DNA of 42,650 nucleotides from Octopus bimaculoides (GCF_001194135.2 NC_068988.1:13745307-13787956); one strand, 5' to 3'. Numbered from the stretch's first letter, positions 1 through 11,893 are shown. Program-made: numbers and translations. The notes: generated from the sequence alone by a model not told the origin.

Positions 1-347
1 TGTGCGGGTGGCACATGAGATGCACCATTTTGAGCGTGGCCGTTGCCAGTACCGCCTGACTGGCTCCTGTAGGATTTTCGAGCGAGATCGTTGCCAGTGC
101 CCCTGGACTGGCTTGTGCGGGTGGCACATAAAAGACACCATTTCGAGCGTGGCCGTTTTCGTGCGGGTGACACGTAAAAGCACCCACTACACTCTCTGAG
201 TGGTTGGCGTTAGGAAGGGCATCCAGCTGTAGAAACTCTGCCAAATCGGACTGGAGCCTGGTGTTGCCATCCGGTTTCACCAGTCCTCAGTCAAATCGTC
301 CAACCCATGCTAGCATGGAAAGCGGACGTTAAACGATGATGATGATG
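1..347 (+). mobile_element. Young RTE-tailed non-autonomous retroelement with internal ~62-bp tandem units
   Basis: Ends ...ccaacccatgctagcatggaaagcggacgttaaac(gat)n; differs from 31865-32150 at only a few positions; CpGs intact. Confidence 0.85.
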
Positions 348-412
348 AATATAAATTTTTTCAATAAAAGACCAAATGTAAAAAGGAGACAAAAAGTGAA
401 GTTCCAACCAAC

Positions 413-514
413 CAGTTATAGTATAACCATAGTTTGCAAGTTGCCCAGCCATGTATTCTCCATCAGAATTGTTATGTGAACAGCCCCAAGTCTTCAAATA
501 AATATTCTGGGTTC
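413..514 (-). CDS. CDKAL1: CDKAL1 second coding exon, start of MTTase N-terminal domain
   Basis: (G)[33 protein letters not shown], near-identical to human [26 protein letters not shown]. Acceptor atgcag ends at 515; donor GT at 412; 102 nt, phase 1-1. Confidence 0.96.
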
Positions 515-1356
515 CTGCATAAATGAAATATAAAAACAAGATGACAAACGGCTTGGAATCACATTATTTCTAAATAATGGAAAGGCAACACATTTTAGAT
601 TTAGGTACAACTCAATAAAGGAAACTAAAAAAATAATTCAATGTCCGCGATTTTTGGGGGTATTCAAATATGAATTAGCAAAAGTGTAAGGAATAATATG
701 TTGAACTTACTCTAATTTTATTGCTAAAATAAAACACATGACCAAGATGTGGTCCCTTTAGCACACCTAGGAGGGCAATACTTCTGAATAAAAACTGATT
801 GGACTGTGATAACCTGTCTAACAGTACAATGGACTGTTAGGTTATCAGTATGTCAGTATGGAAACCAGGAATAAACTGATGATGATAGTATTAAATAAAG
901 TGGGAAAGGTTTCTACTTCAAATAGGAGGGGAGTACAGGAATGACTCTGTGGTAAAAAAATGTTTGTCTCACAATCGCAGAGTTTCAGGTTTGATCCTAC
1001 TGTGTGACACCTTGGGCAAGTGTCTTCTATTAAAGCCTCAGATTGATTCTATGTTTTACGAGTGAAATTTTATAAAGAAGCTCTATGGAAGTCTGCTGTG
1101 TGCGTTTGTTTGTCTCTGTCACCACATGGATATCATGTCAACAGAAATTATATTTGTTTATATCTTGCATAAACGATATATTCTGTAGCTTAACAGCTTA
1201 AAATGTGAAGACACTGGAACAAGGTGGACTGTTTACTTTCTCAAGCCAAAGAGTTACCTTGTTTTGTTAAACATTAAATTAAAAAAAACACCTGCACATA
1301 GAATGATTTGTGAATACAAGCAGCTGAATTAAGGTTCTTCTGAAGAATCTCTAGAA

Positions 1357-1606
1357 CATGCTTCTTAACCATTTTGTACCTATGGACCCCTTTGATTTCT
1401 ATCTTACTCAGATGAATCCACATAACCATTCACTGTTTAAAGAAATCATACATTTTTTCATCCTCATTTTATGATAGTTAAATATTATTAAGAATTGTAT
1501 TTAAAAAATTGTTAAAATATTTTGCATATGGTAGAAGTATAACCAATTTATTGCAGATAAATTTTAACAATAAAATCCTATATGGACCCTCAGTTGAGAA
1601 TCACTG
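1357..1606. mobile_element. hAT-Charlie-like MITE
   Basis: Ends CA-TGCTTCTTAAC / GTTGAGAATCACTG; 8-bp flanks CTCTAGAA / CTCTTGAA fit the NTCTAGAN target preference. Confidence 0.75.
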
Positions 1607-1979
1607 CTCTTGAATAATGTTACTTTATAGGGTGTGTAGCTTGGAATCAAGAAATCTCTCCACATCAGGCCACAGGTTACAGTTCTGGTACTAAGGACAT
1701 GTGGTTTGAATGTTGTAAGAAAAGGTTGCAAGAAGGATTCTTCATGCTGAGCCAACTGGCAGGAGACCCAAGGGTAGATCAAGAATGGGAATGTTGGATG
1801 ATATTCATAGTGTCAGTTGGTCATGCTGAAAGTTGCTTCTGACAGAACCCTATGAAGAAGGTGCCTGAAGACTCTGCCAACACAACCCTCCTAGGAATAG
1901 CAGGCAGAGAAAAACTAGCTGGCTGGATAAGGGAAATAGGAAATGGAAAAAAAGGAAGAAAAAAATACTATTACCATAC

Positions 1980-2151
1980 CTGGTATCACACTATCAGCTT
2001 GTATTGGAGCAGCTTCCACAACCTTTTTCCGCTTGCGAACTCGAGGCATTACCATTCTTCGAGCGACATTGTTCCTATTAGTTACAGGTTCTTGTGCATT
2101 AACGATGTCTTCAATGTCAGCGATGTCAGATTCCCACTTTGCAGGTGACAT
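1980..2151 (-). CDS. CDKAL1: CDKAL1 first coding exon (exon spans 2162-1980, ATG at 2151)
   Basis: MSPAKWESDIADIEDIVNAQEP...MPRVRKRKK...ADSVIP(G) resembles the human CDKAL1 N-terminus (DDIEDIV...VPKVRRR...DSTIPG). Acceptor ttctggattttag ends at 2163; donor GTATGG at 1979; phase 1 matches the next exon. Confidence 0.92.
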
Positions 2152-2222
2152 TGTTATAAAATCTAAAATCCAGAAGTAATTAGTAATTAATCTGAGATTT
2201 GATTTAGGGACACATCACACCC

Positions 2223-2450
2223 ATCTCTGCTATTGTTGTTCAACACAAGGTAGGCTTTGCTGGTCGCTGCTGTTGTATTACATTACTAATATCAGATGTT
2301 ACATTTTGGAGATTTCTAGAAGATTAAAACCACTCAACTACATTGATATTATTGACAGAGACATACAACATGAATTTGAAGACCTAATGGGGGAAACAGG
2401 ATTCCTGGTCTGACATGGTGAAATGTATCTTGGTTGCGGCAGCTTGAAGA
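2223..2450 (+). mobile_element. Degenerate non-LTR retrotransposon ORF2 C-terminal remnant
   Basis: ISAIVVQHKVGFAGRC...LISDVTFW, then after a shift KPLNYIDIIDRD; resembles the RRLRFAGHCWR...SDVLLW...TYID C-terminus. Confidence 0.5.
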
Positions 2451-3624
2451 AGTATAAGATCAAACACTGAAACAATATATATATTTTTGCATAAATGAAT
2501 CATAATTCTTAAGAAAATTTTTTTAAGACACTGCAGATTAGAAATAGGACATATGAAAAAGGCCTAAAATTGGAATGGTACTTGTTGTTGTTTAGCCCAA
2601 GGTCAACCCAGTTTAAGTAGATCTATGATCAAATATCTTCCAGCTGTGACCATCCGATCTGTTTCTTTTACACCTGGGACAACATTGTTGTCAGATGTGT
2701 CCTTCTGATGTTAAGATGGTAGATTATGATTTGAGGGAATTTGGTTGCTATTTGAAACAAGATGACCGACCATGCAGAGGCTCCCTTTTTTGGTCTAGGA
2801 GTAATATTTGTCATTTAAGTTTGGTAGTGTATTAAAGAGGTAAAACAACATCTGATATAATCTGGTGTTCAATATAATAGCAATGGCAGGCAAAGCCCAG
2901 CCTATACTGAGATTTGAAAGAATTCATGACATTGATTATAACCACAAGAACTGAAGAAGAAAAGAAAAAAAAAAAGAATTTTATGTTACTAGTATATAGA
3001 TTACTGTAATCAGTATAATAGATTGCTGAAAATAAACTTTGAAGAATTCTAAGAGTTACATGATGTAAGGGAAAATAGGGTTCCTTTGACATACAATTAA
3101 CTATCAAATGGCAGAATCAATTTAAGGACCAAGTGATATGAGCTGATGTTTTTTTCCCCCATTTGTAACCTATTCAAATCATTTATATTGGTAATATCCT
3201 TATGACATTATGAACAACACAATCTTATTTCCCCTCTGCTAATCACCAGATGAAGGCACATATTCTAGTGGTTAGGGTGTTGAACTCATGTAACTTATTG
3301 TGGAGAGCTCCAGTACCTATCATTGATATTTGAATATTTCCAAGAGAAAACATCCCTCCAAGAAAGAATATAACCTACAATAAATTTCTAGGATCGTTTC
3401 TGCTTGGCTCACACTTCTCAATTTCTTTATTTTAATTGATTTTAGATTTGGTGTATTGATGTAAAAATAATCAAACTTTAAATCTCTGTAAAGTCAGAAA
3501 AAAAAAATTTCTGGAACAAGTGAATAACATCAAATTCAGCGTGAAAAATTACATAAATATCCCAAATTTGAAAATTTTCACTTAATTTTAAAATTCCAAA
3601 AAGTGTAAGCCAAACAGAAAAGAT

Positions 3625-3790
3625 CCGGTTTCCGAAAAGTGTCAGACATCAGACACCATTTAAAGAAAGAAGAGTTTGCTTTGCTAGACATTGTTGGAGA
3701 AGTAAAGAGGAGCTGGCAAGTGGCACCCAACTTCGGAGAAGTAAAGAGGAGCCGGTTAGTGGCATCCAACTTCGGACACATTTAGGTGGT
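3625..3790 (+). mobile_element. Non-LTR retrotransposon C-terminal remnant with a 39-bp internal duplication
   Basis: ERRVCFARHCWRSKEELAS; duplicated units at 3696-3734 and 3735-3773. Confidence 0.6.
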
Positions 3791-5081
3791 TGTAAATTAC
3801 ATTGGTCGCACTGTAAGAATACACGCTAATCAGTTAACACTGAATGTTACCAAAAGGAAATGTTGATACCGTGTTGACCTATCACGGGGTGGGTGAGTTT
3901 ATTTCTTTTACATAAACCTGATAGTCAAGCTGTACTATCAATTGTTGAAGAAGGTCTTCAATTTACAACCCTTTTAGCTTTACTTCTTTAGACGAGAGAT
4001 ACTGATTGCATCATCAAAATAAGACACGTGTCTTACGTAAACAATTTCGCACAGTTCATTCCATTTCCCCCTGAACAATATTTAACCCAAACTGCGTCCC
4101 TTGCAATACATTTTAGATCCTTCTTCGATAATTTGTCAACTTCATATTTTCTAAGGAAAGCTGATGTAGTCTTAACCTTTCTCTTTTGGGGACCCGCAAA
4201 ATATTTCCTCTATTATACTAAAACAAGGCTCACATAACTTGTAATCACCTTACATACACATATATGCGTATATATTCTATATCACAATTAAGAAAACGCT
4301 ACCTCGAGACAAGCCTTCATTCACCAGCTGTATCCATTCCGTGTCACTACTTGCATAGTCGGTATACCGTCCTCTGCACGCTTTATGCCCTGCAATTTCA
4401 CTACTCTATTTCAATCACACAGATCTCGCACAAAAATTTTAGCCTAATTTCTTAGTTGTATTCTACTGGATGTCCTTAATGTACAAATCAATTTGATAAA
4501 TCTGTAGCAATTCAGATTGAACTTTAAATGAACTAACCTCAAACAATTTACCCGAAGGCCAAATAGAGGCTAGAACCGATTACAGAAACTGCCCTCCTCC
4601 GCATGTAACGAAATCGAAAGTTTTTATGAAGTGTGTAAATTTAGCCTTATGCTCGTGTTTCCGGTTCAGTTTAAACGAGGAGCAAGATTTTATATCTAAA
4701 ATCAGCAGTTCAGGCGAATGATACCCCACCACACACATATATACCGCCTACATATACATCCAGGTAAAACTGTATCAACATTTAATGCAGAACGAAAAGA
4801 TATATATATCCAAGTATAAATTCTTCTAGATTTAATGTAAAAAAAAACACATATAAGTTAAAACATATGCAGTTAAAAAGGCCGGCGTACGAAAAAGTGG
4901 CTGAATGCTTCAAGCTATGGTATTGATTGCCGCATGAATACTTGTGTGTAATAATCAGTCGCCTATACAAGTTGTAGAAGTGTTACTAGAGTAGATAGGG
5001 GCGCGATGCAAACAGCACAGGATATGTCAGTGACTGACGAAGTTATGGAAGTACAAAACTACATTTTTGTAAGTATCTTAC

Positions 5082-5300
5082 CTTAAAATACCTGGAAATT
5101 ATATGTATTTTGTTCTTATTTCTCACAGCACAATTAGTTACGTGTAGAAGTATATATTCGATATAACTAAAAAAAAAGCCATTTATGGTTTTCAACAACA
5201 AAGAGTTTATCGGTGTTCTAGCAGAACTGAACCCTTTTATAAAAGAAATAACTTGTTGGATAAATTGGCCATTTTTCTGATTGATTTCATAACTAGTTTT
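5082..5300 (-). other. Candidate non-coding first exon / promoter-proximal region of CDKAL1
   Basis: The acceptor at 2163 implies an upstream exon. The best consensus minus-strand donor nearby is AAG|GTAAGA at 5081. YY1-like AAAAATGGCC (minus) at 5276-5267; CpGs retained at 4550-5050. The 5' end is a guess. Confidence 0.35.
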
Positions 5301-5525
5301 ACGTTGCGTTGGTGTTTGAGATTTACCTTTTCTTTTTTAAAAATCCACTGATGTGAGAGTTTCATGTCTCTTTGAAAGGTATTATGTAAGGGATGTGAAA
5401 TGGCTCGGACTAAGAATCGAAACCAGGATGTGGAACTTAGCTAGTCCAAGTACTTTATTTTCCCTTTACGTTGCTTATTCAATCAATAGTTACACTTTTT
5501 AAGGATTGAGAAAAAGAGTAAAACG

Positions 5526-5584
5526 TCATTTTATAATGCACACACACACACACATACATGCATATACACACATGTATGTGTGTG

Positions 5585-5616
<32 letters not shown>

Positions 5617-5750
5617 CGTGTATATATATATGTGCACAGATACACACGTATATATACATATATGAACACGTGTGTATGTATATGCACAAACACTTTATAT
5701 ATATATATATATATATATTTACATAGGTGTATAATGAATTTCATATATAT
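5526..5750. repeat. Compound (CA)/(TA)/(TG) microsatellite
   Basis: Direct inspection; source of the spurious HTHT/YIYI ORFs. Confidence 0.95.
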
Positions 5751-7374
5751 ACCGTGACATTTTTATTTTATATATCATGGATAGATACTGAAATTTCATA
5801 TATATACAAAACATTTTGTCTTGCATTCCTTTTTATTTTTAACTATACTTCACTCATTAACTTTCTTTTTACAACTTAAAATGTTTTTCTACAAAACAAG
5901 TTTTCTATATAACATTTAAAGTCGCTTTCTATTAGAGAGCAACTTTTAGTCATTCACTCCTTTTTATAGGCGATCGCGTTATATAAATGTTTTAGTGGAG
6001 AAGTTTTATTTGACGTTCGTGCTGTACAGTGACACGATATGCCCTCAATTATTAACCAGTCTAATTTACATGTAACATAATGAACGGGACGATCTCGAAG
6101 CCTGCTAGTAGCTTACATTCCAATGTACGACTTGCATGGGTTTCTAAGCGGGAGTCGCTAGGTCTCGCTGCTGCTAATTGGATCTTAGCAACTTGTTGCT
6201 ATGACTACTTTAGCTTCTATCAAACAGATCTAAGTGCTATAAATATTAATTAGATATGATTACTAACATTCACGCACGCACGCACGCATTGACATACACA
6301 CGCACTCATGCACGCGCGCTTGTATATAAGGATGTGCATGTAATATACATGTGTGTATGTGTGCGCGTTTATATATGCGTGTGTATGAGTGCGTGCATAA
6401 ACTTGCGTGTGTGTGCATCTGTTTTAATTTTACTGCAGGTGGAATCTTGTAATACGTGATTACTTTGTGGAGAAATTCGTGGTATTAATGTTTCATTTGA
6501 TATTTGCAAATGTCTTTAATAGTCACAGAAGTTAGGATATCCTACATAATACCACTATCATTTGCACTATCGTTTCTGAGTAGTTAACAGGGTATTGTTG
6601 AGATATTACATAAACTTTTTATTTATTTATTTAAATTCCTTAGATGTGTGCTATGGTTTCATATAACTAAATTTCATTAAATATTAAGTGTAACGCAGCA
6701 AAAACCTATCCTAAAAATATGCTTAAGATGCGGGTGGGGCTGTTTTCTCTCTATTTTTGTTTTTGTTTCTTTGCCCTTCAATCCTTTAAAGGTCAGTAAT
6801 ATTAAATACCAACAGAATAGTTTGAAAGGATCGCAAACATTTTAAAAGGGCAACAAGTTTTTTTCCCCCCGGCACGATGTATAATCGAGGAAGTGTGCAC
6901 TTCTCTATTTTGATTACTTCCTGATTTTCTGCTAAATCCCTAAGCAGACTAATGCCTTGCGAATGAAATTGGTTGACGCAAACTGTAGGAGCCTGCCATA
7001 TGAATGTGTTCCCAACATTTGACAAGTGGTGTTTGTGTACATCTCCTTAATAGCGGTTCAGCAAAAGTAACCGATAGAATAAGTACCAATTGATTTGTTG
7101 GACTAACTGAACAGCATAGCCGTAACCCAATGACTGGAAATTAGTAAAACTCAACGGAAACCAAAATGCTGTACAAACAGCAATATATTTGAATTCCCTT
7201 CAGTTATTGTATTTTTCAAGTATTAGATGTGTAATCGTATAAAATGCATAATTAAATTAGGACAGTGACTACACCACCCTATTGTTGAACAAGTAACAAG
7301 ACTAGTTATTCCACTAGATATAAAAGAAAAATTATGAAATGACATGAGGCATGACAAGCCTTGATTATAGAGAT

Positions 7375-7810
7375 TACTGCAAATTGCTCAAACTTTATTC
7401 TCTCCAACGCCGTCCTGAGAGCTACATACTTAGATTACTTAGATAAGTTTCGGCCGAAGTTGACCAAGGCCATGTCTAATTTAATAACACCATCTGGAAA
7501 ATATATGTACAATGTGGAAAATATTCCACCAACTCTGCACGAACAATGCCAGTGCTATCAATACAAAAGTCACCCAAATTCACTGCTCGGTATCATACAT
7601 TTCCTTCAAAAATCGACACAGCCCCTTTTCTTTTTGTTATATTATTATAACTTCAATTGGTCCCAAAAGAAATCAAATAGCACCTACACATGGATATACC
7701 CCGGCAAAGAACAACTCTCTACTTCAGTGATATGAACTTAAAAAGACTACTCCTGGAGGGTGCTATTTGACAGCCTGGGCCAATAAGAGCTAAAACCTTA
7801 TCTATGTTAT
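7375..7810 (+). mobile_element. Degenerate LINE 3' end remnant
   Basis: KLLKLYSLQRRPESY (cf. LKLYSLQRRRERY) and ...KNNSLLQ near the end, with stops and shifts between. Confidence 0.5.
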
Positions 7811-7993
7811 CAAAGTTAAATATTTGGGATGGACACATCACTTTGCATTGTGTATTTCCTTTACTTTTCATACACAAAAGACAACGTCTCTGTCTATGCC
7901 GAAAGGGTAGATATTATATACTTGGTAAAGGTATATTTTATACAATTAGGTTAGGTAGAACAGAGGAGAAATAGAACTCGATACATGAATGCA

Positions 7994-8348
7994 TTTTATC
8001 TTTTACCTGTTCCAGTCATGAGACCACGACCATGCTGGGGCACCGCCTTGAAAAAGTTTTAGTTGAATGAATCGACCCCAGTACTTATTCTTTTTTAAAG
8101 CCTGGTCCTTATTCTGTCGGCTTCTTTTGCCGAACCGTTAAGTTACGGAGACATAAACACACCAACATCGGTTGTTAGGCGGCGGTTGGAGACAGACACA
8201 CATACACGATGGGTTTCTTTCAGTTACCGTCTACCAAAGCCACTCACAAAGCTTTGGTCGACTCAAGGCTTATAGTAGAAGTCAATTGCTCAAGGTGCCA
8301 CGTAGTGGGACTGAACTCTGAAACTTATCACATAGCCACGCCTACACC
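7994..8348 (-). mobile_element. CORE-like tRNA SINE (most abundant family here)
   Basis: Reverse complement of ...ggcaccttgggcaag...gccttgtgagtggatttggtagacggaaactgaaagaagccc...ggcggtgccccagcatgg. Confidence 0.8.
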
Positions 8349-8587
8349 TATTTAAAAAAAAAAAAATTTTATCACTAGAAAGTTACAAAAGTGAATCAAG
8401 TGAATGAAAAAGTTTCATTCATGGCACTTATCAAATCAAATTGTTTGATAATGCTATACACAAAACTTTCGGTCCTTGAGTTACTTTTGTAATTTTCTGC
8501 TGATTTAAAATAACTGTTTTATAAGAGAAGAGAGATTATTTTGACTTGTGTATTTGTTAAGAAAATTTAATGTGAATTCAGGTGTCT

Positions 8588-8790
8588 GAAGGTGTCGAGC
8601 TGGCGGAATCGTTAGAGCGTCGACAAACTGTCTTATGATATTTCTTACGACTCTTTATGTTCTGAGTTCAAATCTTGCCAAAGTCAACTTTGCTTTTCAT
8701 CTGCCCAGACGCGATAAAATAAAGTACCAGTCATGTACATGGGTTGGTCGTATCGACTAAAGCCCAACTTAAAATTTTTCTTGAATTTAC
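8588..8790 (+). mobile_element. tRNA-derived SINE of the (AAT)n-tailed family
   Basis: gagctggcggaatcgttag...gttctgagttcaaatc...gtcaactttgcttttcatc...aagtaccagt. Confidence 0.7.
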
Positions 8791-9314
8791 GATCGTGATT
8801 TGCAGGGACGGCTAAAGGCAACGCCCTTCTGAGTTCCATGAGGTTTCACGTCATGTATTTTAGGCCTTACAAATAGAAAATAAAAATTAAAATAATAAAT
8901 CGGCATGCAGAAGTATATTACATTTTTTTGAAAACAATCAGGTGAAAATTTGAAATGCTTCAAGTGGTTGGAAGAAATTTAATAAGATCCAATAAAACTG
9001 AATAAAAACAATATGTAAACATTCCTTGGATTGATACCAGCATATTTTAAAATGTGACTTATGTGAGTGTAGGAGTAGAAAAAGCGAAAAATGGCGGTTG
9101 CCTGTGTAGGGCATAAGGAAGTTTAAATTTTGCAACACTTTGTGTTTATTAGGAATAATATCTGTTACATGTATATGAATCAACGTCAGCCTTTGGACTC
9201 TCTCACCAACCTATCTACTCAATCTTTTGTTTATGATAAAAGCGTGTCAAGATCATTGCCATTGATGCAAATACAGTTTGGGTTAACTACAAATTGTCGT
9301 CTGCTTTCCCCCCA

Positions 9315-9762
9315 GGAATTTGTTCCTTCATAACTTTCTGAAAATCCGTTTAAAATACATGTTTTTGAATGAAACTTTGCAGAGATGTTTTCGAAAGTAT
9401 AGGTTACAATTATGTTCATAAAATTTTGAGAATAAAAAAAAGTTGGAGTTTCAAATCATTTCCCCCCGTTTTCTGCTCCAAATTTCTGTCAGTTTAGCAT
9501 TTAAAATTTTTTTGCAGATTTACTTGAAACATTTGCAAAATGTCATTTAAAATTGTGAATTTTTAAAGAATTAACGTCAGGAGGATAGGGTGAATGAGCT
9601 GAAACTCATTCAAAAGGAGGGGGGAAAAAACCCAAAGAAAAAACAAGAAAAAAATTTTTTATGTTGTAATCGGTCGTAATCTACACTTTCGAAAATGTTT
9701 CTCTGTAAAATTTCACGAAAAAAATATAAATTTTTCCGTTAAGTTATGCTGAAGCAAAGTCC
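9315..9762. mobile_element. MITE/foldback element with ~95-bp imperfect TIRs
   Basis: Left ggaatttgttccttcataactt...tgaaactttgcagagatgttttcgaaagtataggttac mirrors the reverse complement of ~9670-9762; no clear TSD. Confidence 0.6.
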
Positions 9763-10443
9763 AGGCGGGTGGAGGCACCAATCCATAGTTCTGGCGACGT
9801 CCTTCCCCTCTTTACTATAATGATAGGATTTAGAAACTGATACCTTATTCGAACTTTTTTCTTTACTTTGTATATTATAACAAATACTTTATTTCTACAT
9901 TTTCCTTCTTATTAAAATATTAATAAAAAGTTATTTGTAAGAGTGCTTGCTTCATCCACCCAAGAGACGGCCCTGTACAATGTCATCGTTTAGTGTATCT
10001 TCGTCGCCATTATAATGGTTTTAAATAATAGTTTCTAATTTAAGTCTAGTAATTATTTGTTCGACTTCTTTATGGAAGTCTCACAATCAACTAATTAATG
10101 TTGAGGCCGTATGAAATTATTTATTTCTAGAAGCTCTTTATTCACCTGTATAGCGAAGCTCTTGCTCTGTTTATTGATAAATCAGTTTAAACACCAATTT
10201 AAATCTGGTAGCCATGACAGACTGAGAATATAACATTTATATGAAAGAATAAACTAAAAATTTAAATTCAAAACCCAGAAAGTCAAATGTTTCTGTTGTT
10301 CATGAATTAGAAGAACTTATGGTTAGTCGAACCCTGAAAATAAATTACACCTCCGTCTTTGGCAGGGTTTTCAAGACTACTTTTTAAAATGATTCTTCTT
10401 TTAGACTGGTAATTTTATATTTATATTCAAACAAATAATGCTT

Positions 10444-10970
10444 AAAGTACTCAGGATCTCTTAATCATCGACTTGAATCAACTGTCATAGCAGTGTGTAA
10501 AACTAGCAACATCACATGAATGTTATATAATAAGACTTCAGTGAGGGCCATGAACACATTCTTACTGGATTTATAATCGCCATACTCGCTCTTTCTCTAT
10601 GGCTGACGACATACCCTAGTTAACTAGACACACACCTACGCACATAAAATGTGTGCTGAAGCAAGACGTTGACATAAAAAAAATTAGGGCAATAATGCTA
10701 CAAGTACTACATTCAGATGAATCAACTGTCATGGAAATGTGTAAAACTAGCAACTCTATTATCTGAATGTTATATAACATTAAAACGTGAGCCTATTCTC
10801 ACTGGTCTTATATATCACCACGCCTTCTTTTTCCTCCATGGCTGACGACAGCCTCACCTATAAGGTTGGCTATGATCTTCTCTTCCTGTGTGGGTGACGC
10901 CATACCCTAATTGATTATGCTCACATCTGCATAGATAAGGTGCTTTTTACTGGAGCAAATATCAATAAAT
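10444..10970. repeat. Diverged tandem duplication, period ~244-257 bp
   Basis: tgaatcaactgtcat..tgtgtaaaactagcaac at 10474 and 10718; shared tgaatgttatataa, atggctgacgaca, cataccct. Confidence 0.8.
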
Positions 10971-11654
10971 AAATCAATATCAGGAGCCTCCAGCCATAAG
11001 CAATGTTACAATACAAACAAAAACCTAAATTTACTGGTATAGCTAACAAAAAGACATTGTACAAAATATGTTTGATATATTATTTTTTTTTCATATTTCT
11101 CATTAAAAAACCCCATTGTTTTTATGGTACCAGCTTGAAGCCATTTAATTAATTTTAGGCATATTAACTCAAAGTGCTCTCTCACGCGCACACGCACAGT
11201 TAAAACCTAAAAGATATTTCCACAAATTGTCGACTCAAATCCAAAGAACCAGTATTCGACGATGCTAACTAATTATGAGTTAGGCACAAGGCCAGGAATT
11301 TTGAGTGGAGGGGATTAGTTGCTACTATCGACCTCAATACTTGACTAGTACTTTATTTTATTGACCATGAAGCGATGAAAGGCAAAACTGACCCCGGCGG
11401 GATTTGAACTCAACGTGAAGAACCGGAAATACTGCAATCGTTTCCTCCGACGTTCTAACGATTCTGCTATCCATGCTAATTAATAATAACGATTTGTCAC
11501 ATTCGCACAAGAGTGCAAAAACTATACAGTATAGTTGATTAAAATTTTATATAACATGTGACAGATCTAATTTAATTTTTGAAGGGTGGGAGAAAGTCAA
11601 CCATTTTGAAAAGTTGAATTCAAAGATGGAAAGTATTTGATCTGACGTCCTACC

Positions 11655-11893
11655 ATAATAAATAAATAAATGCTCCCTTTTAAAGCCTAGCCAGGCTCAT
11701 GGGCCCGGTTTCCCGGTTTCAATGGCGTATGTGTTCCCCAGCTGCGTTACTCATTTTTGCCAGCTGAGTGGACTGGAGCAACGTGAAATGAAGTGTTTTG
11801 CTCAAGAACACAACGCGTCGCCGGGTCCAGGAATCGAAACCACAATCTTACAATTATGATGCCGACACCCTAACCACTGAGCCACGCGCCTCC
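11655..11893 (-). mobile_element. tRNA-derived SINE with target-site duplication
   Basis: Minus head ggaggcgcgtggctcagtggttagg (A box) ... ggtttcgattcc (B box); A/T tail at left; flanks gacgtcctacc / gacgtcctccc. Confidence 0.85.

Noticed and set aside
1564-2179. ORFs 1564-1782, 1852-2148, 1943-2179
   Set aside because: Shadows of the CDKAL1 exon or unidentified intronic repeat; no recognisable protein.
5082-5091. 10-nt microexon GTATTTTAAG on the minus strand (ccag|...|gtaaga)
   Set aside because: The upstream tract is purine-rich, so the acceptor is weak; more likely two tandem donors of one exon.
5506-6459. HTHT/YIYI/VCVC ORFs (also 16268-17147, 20128-20859)
   Set aside because: Microsatellite translations.
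11790-11893. tRNA gene
   Set aside because: A/B boxes are present but continue into a SINE body with tail and TSD; there is no complete cloverleaf.
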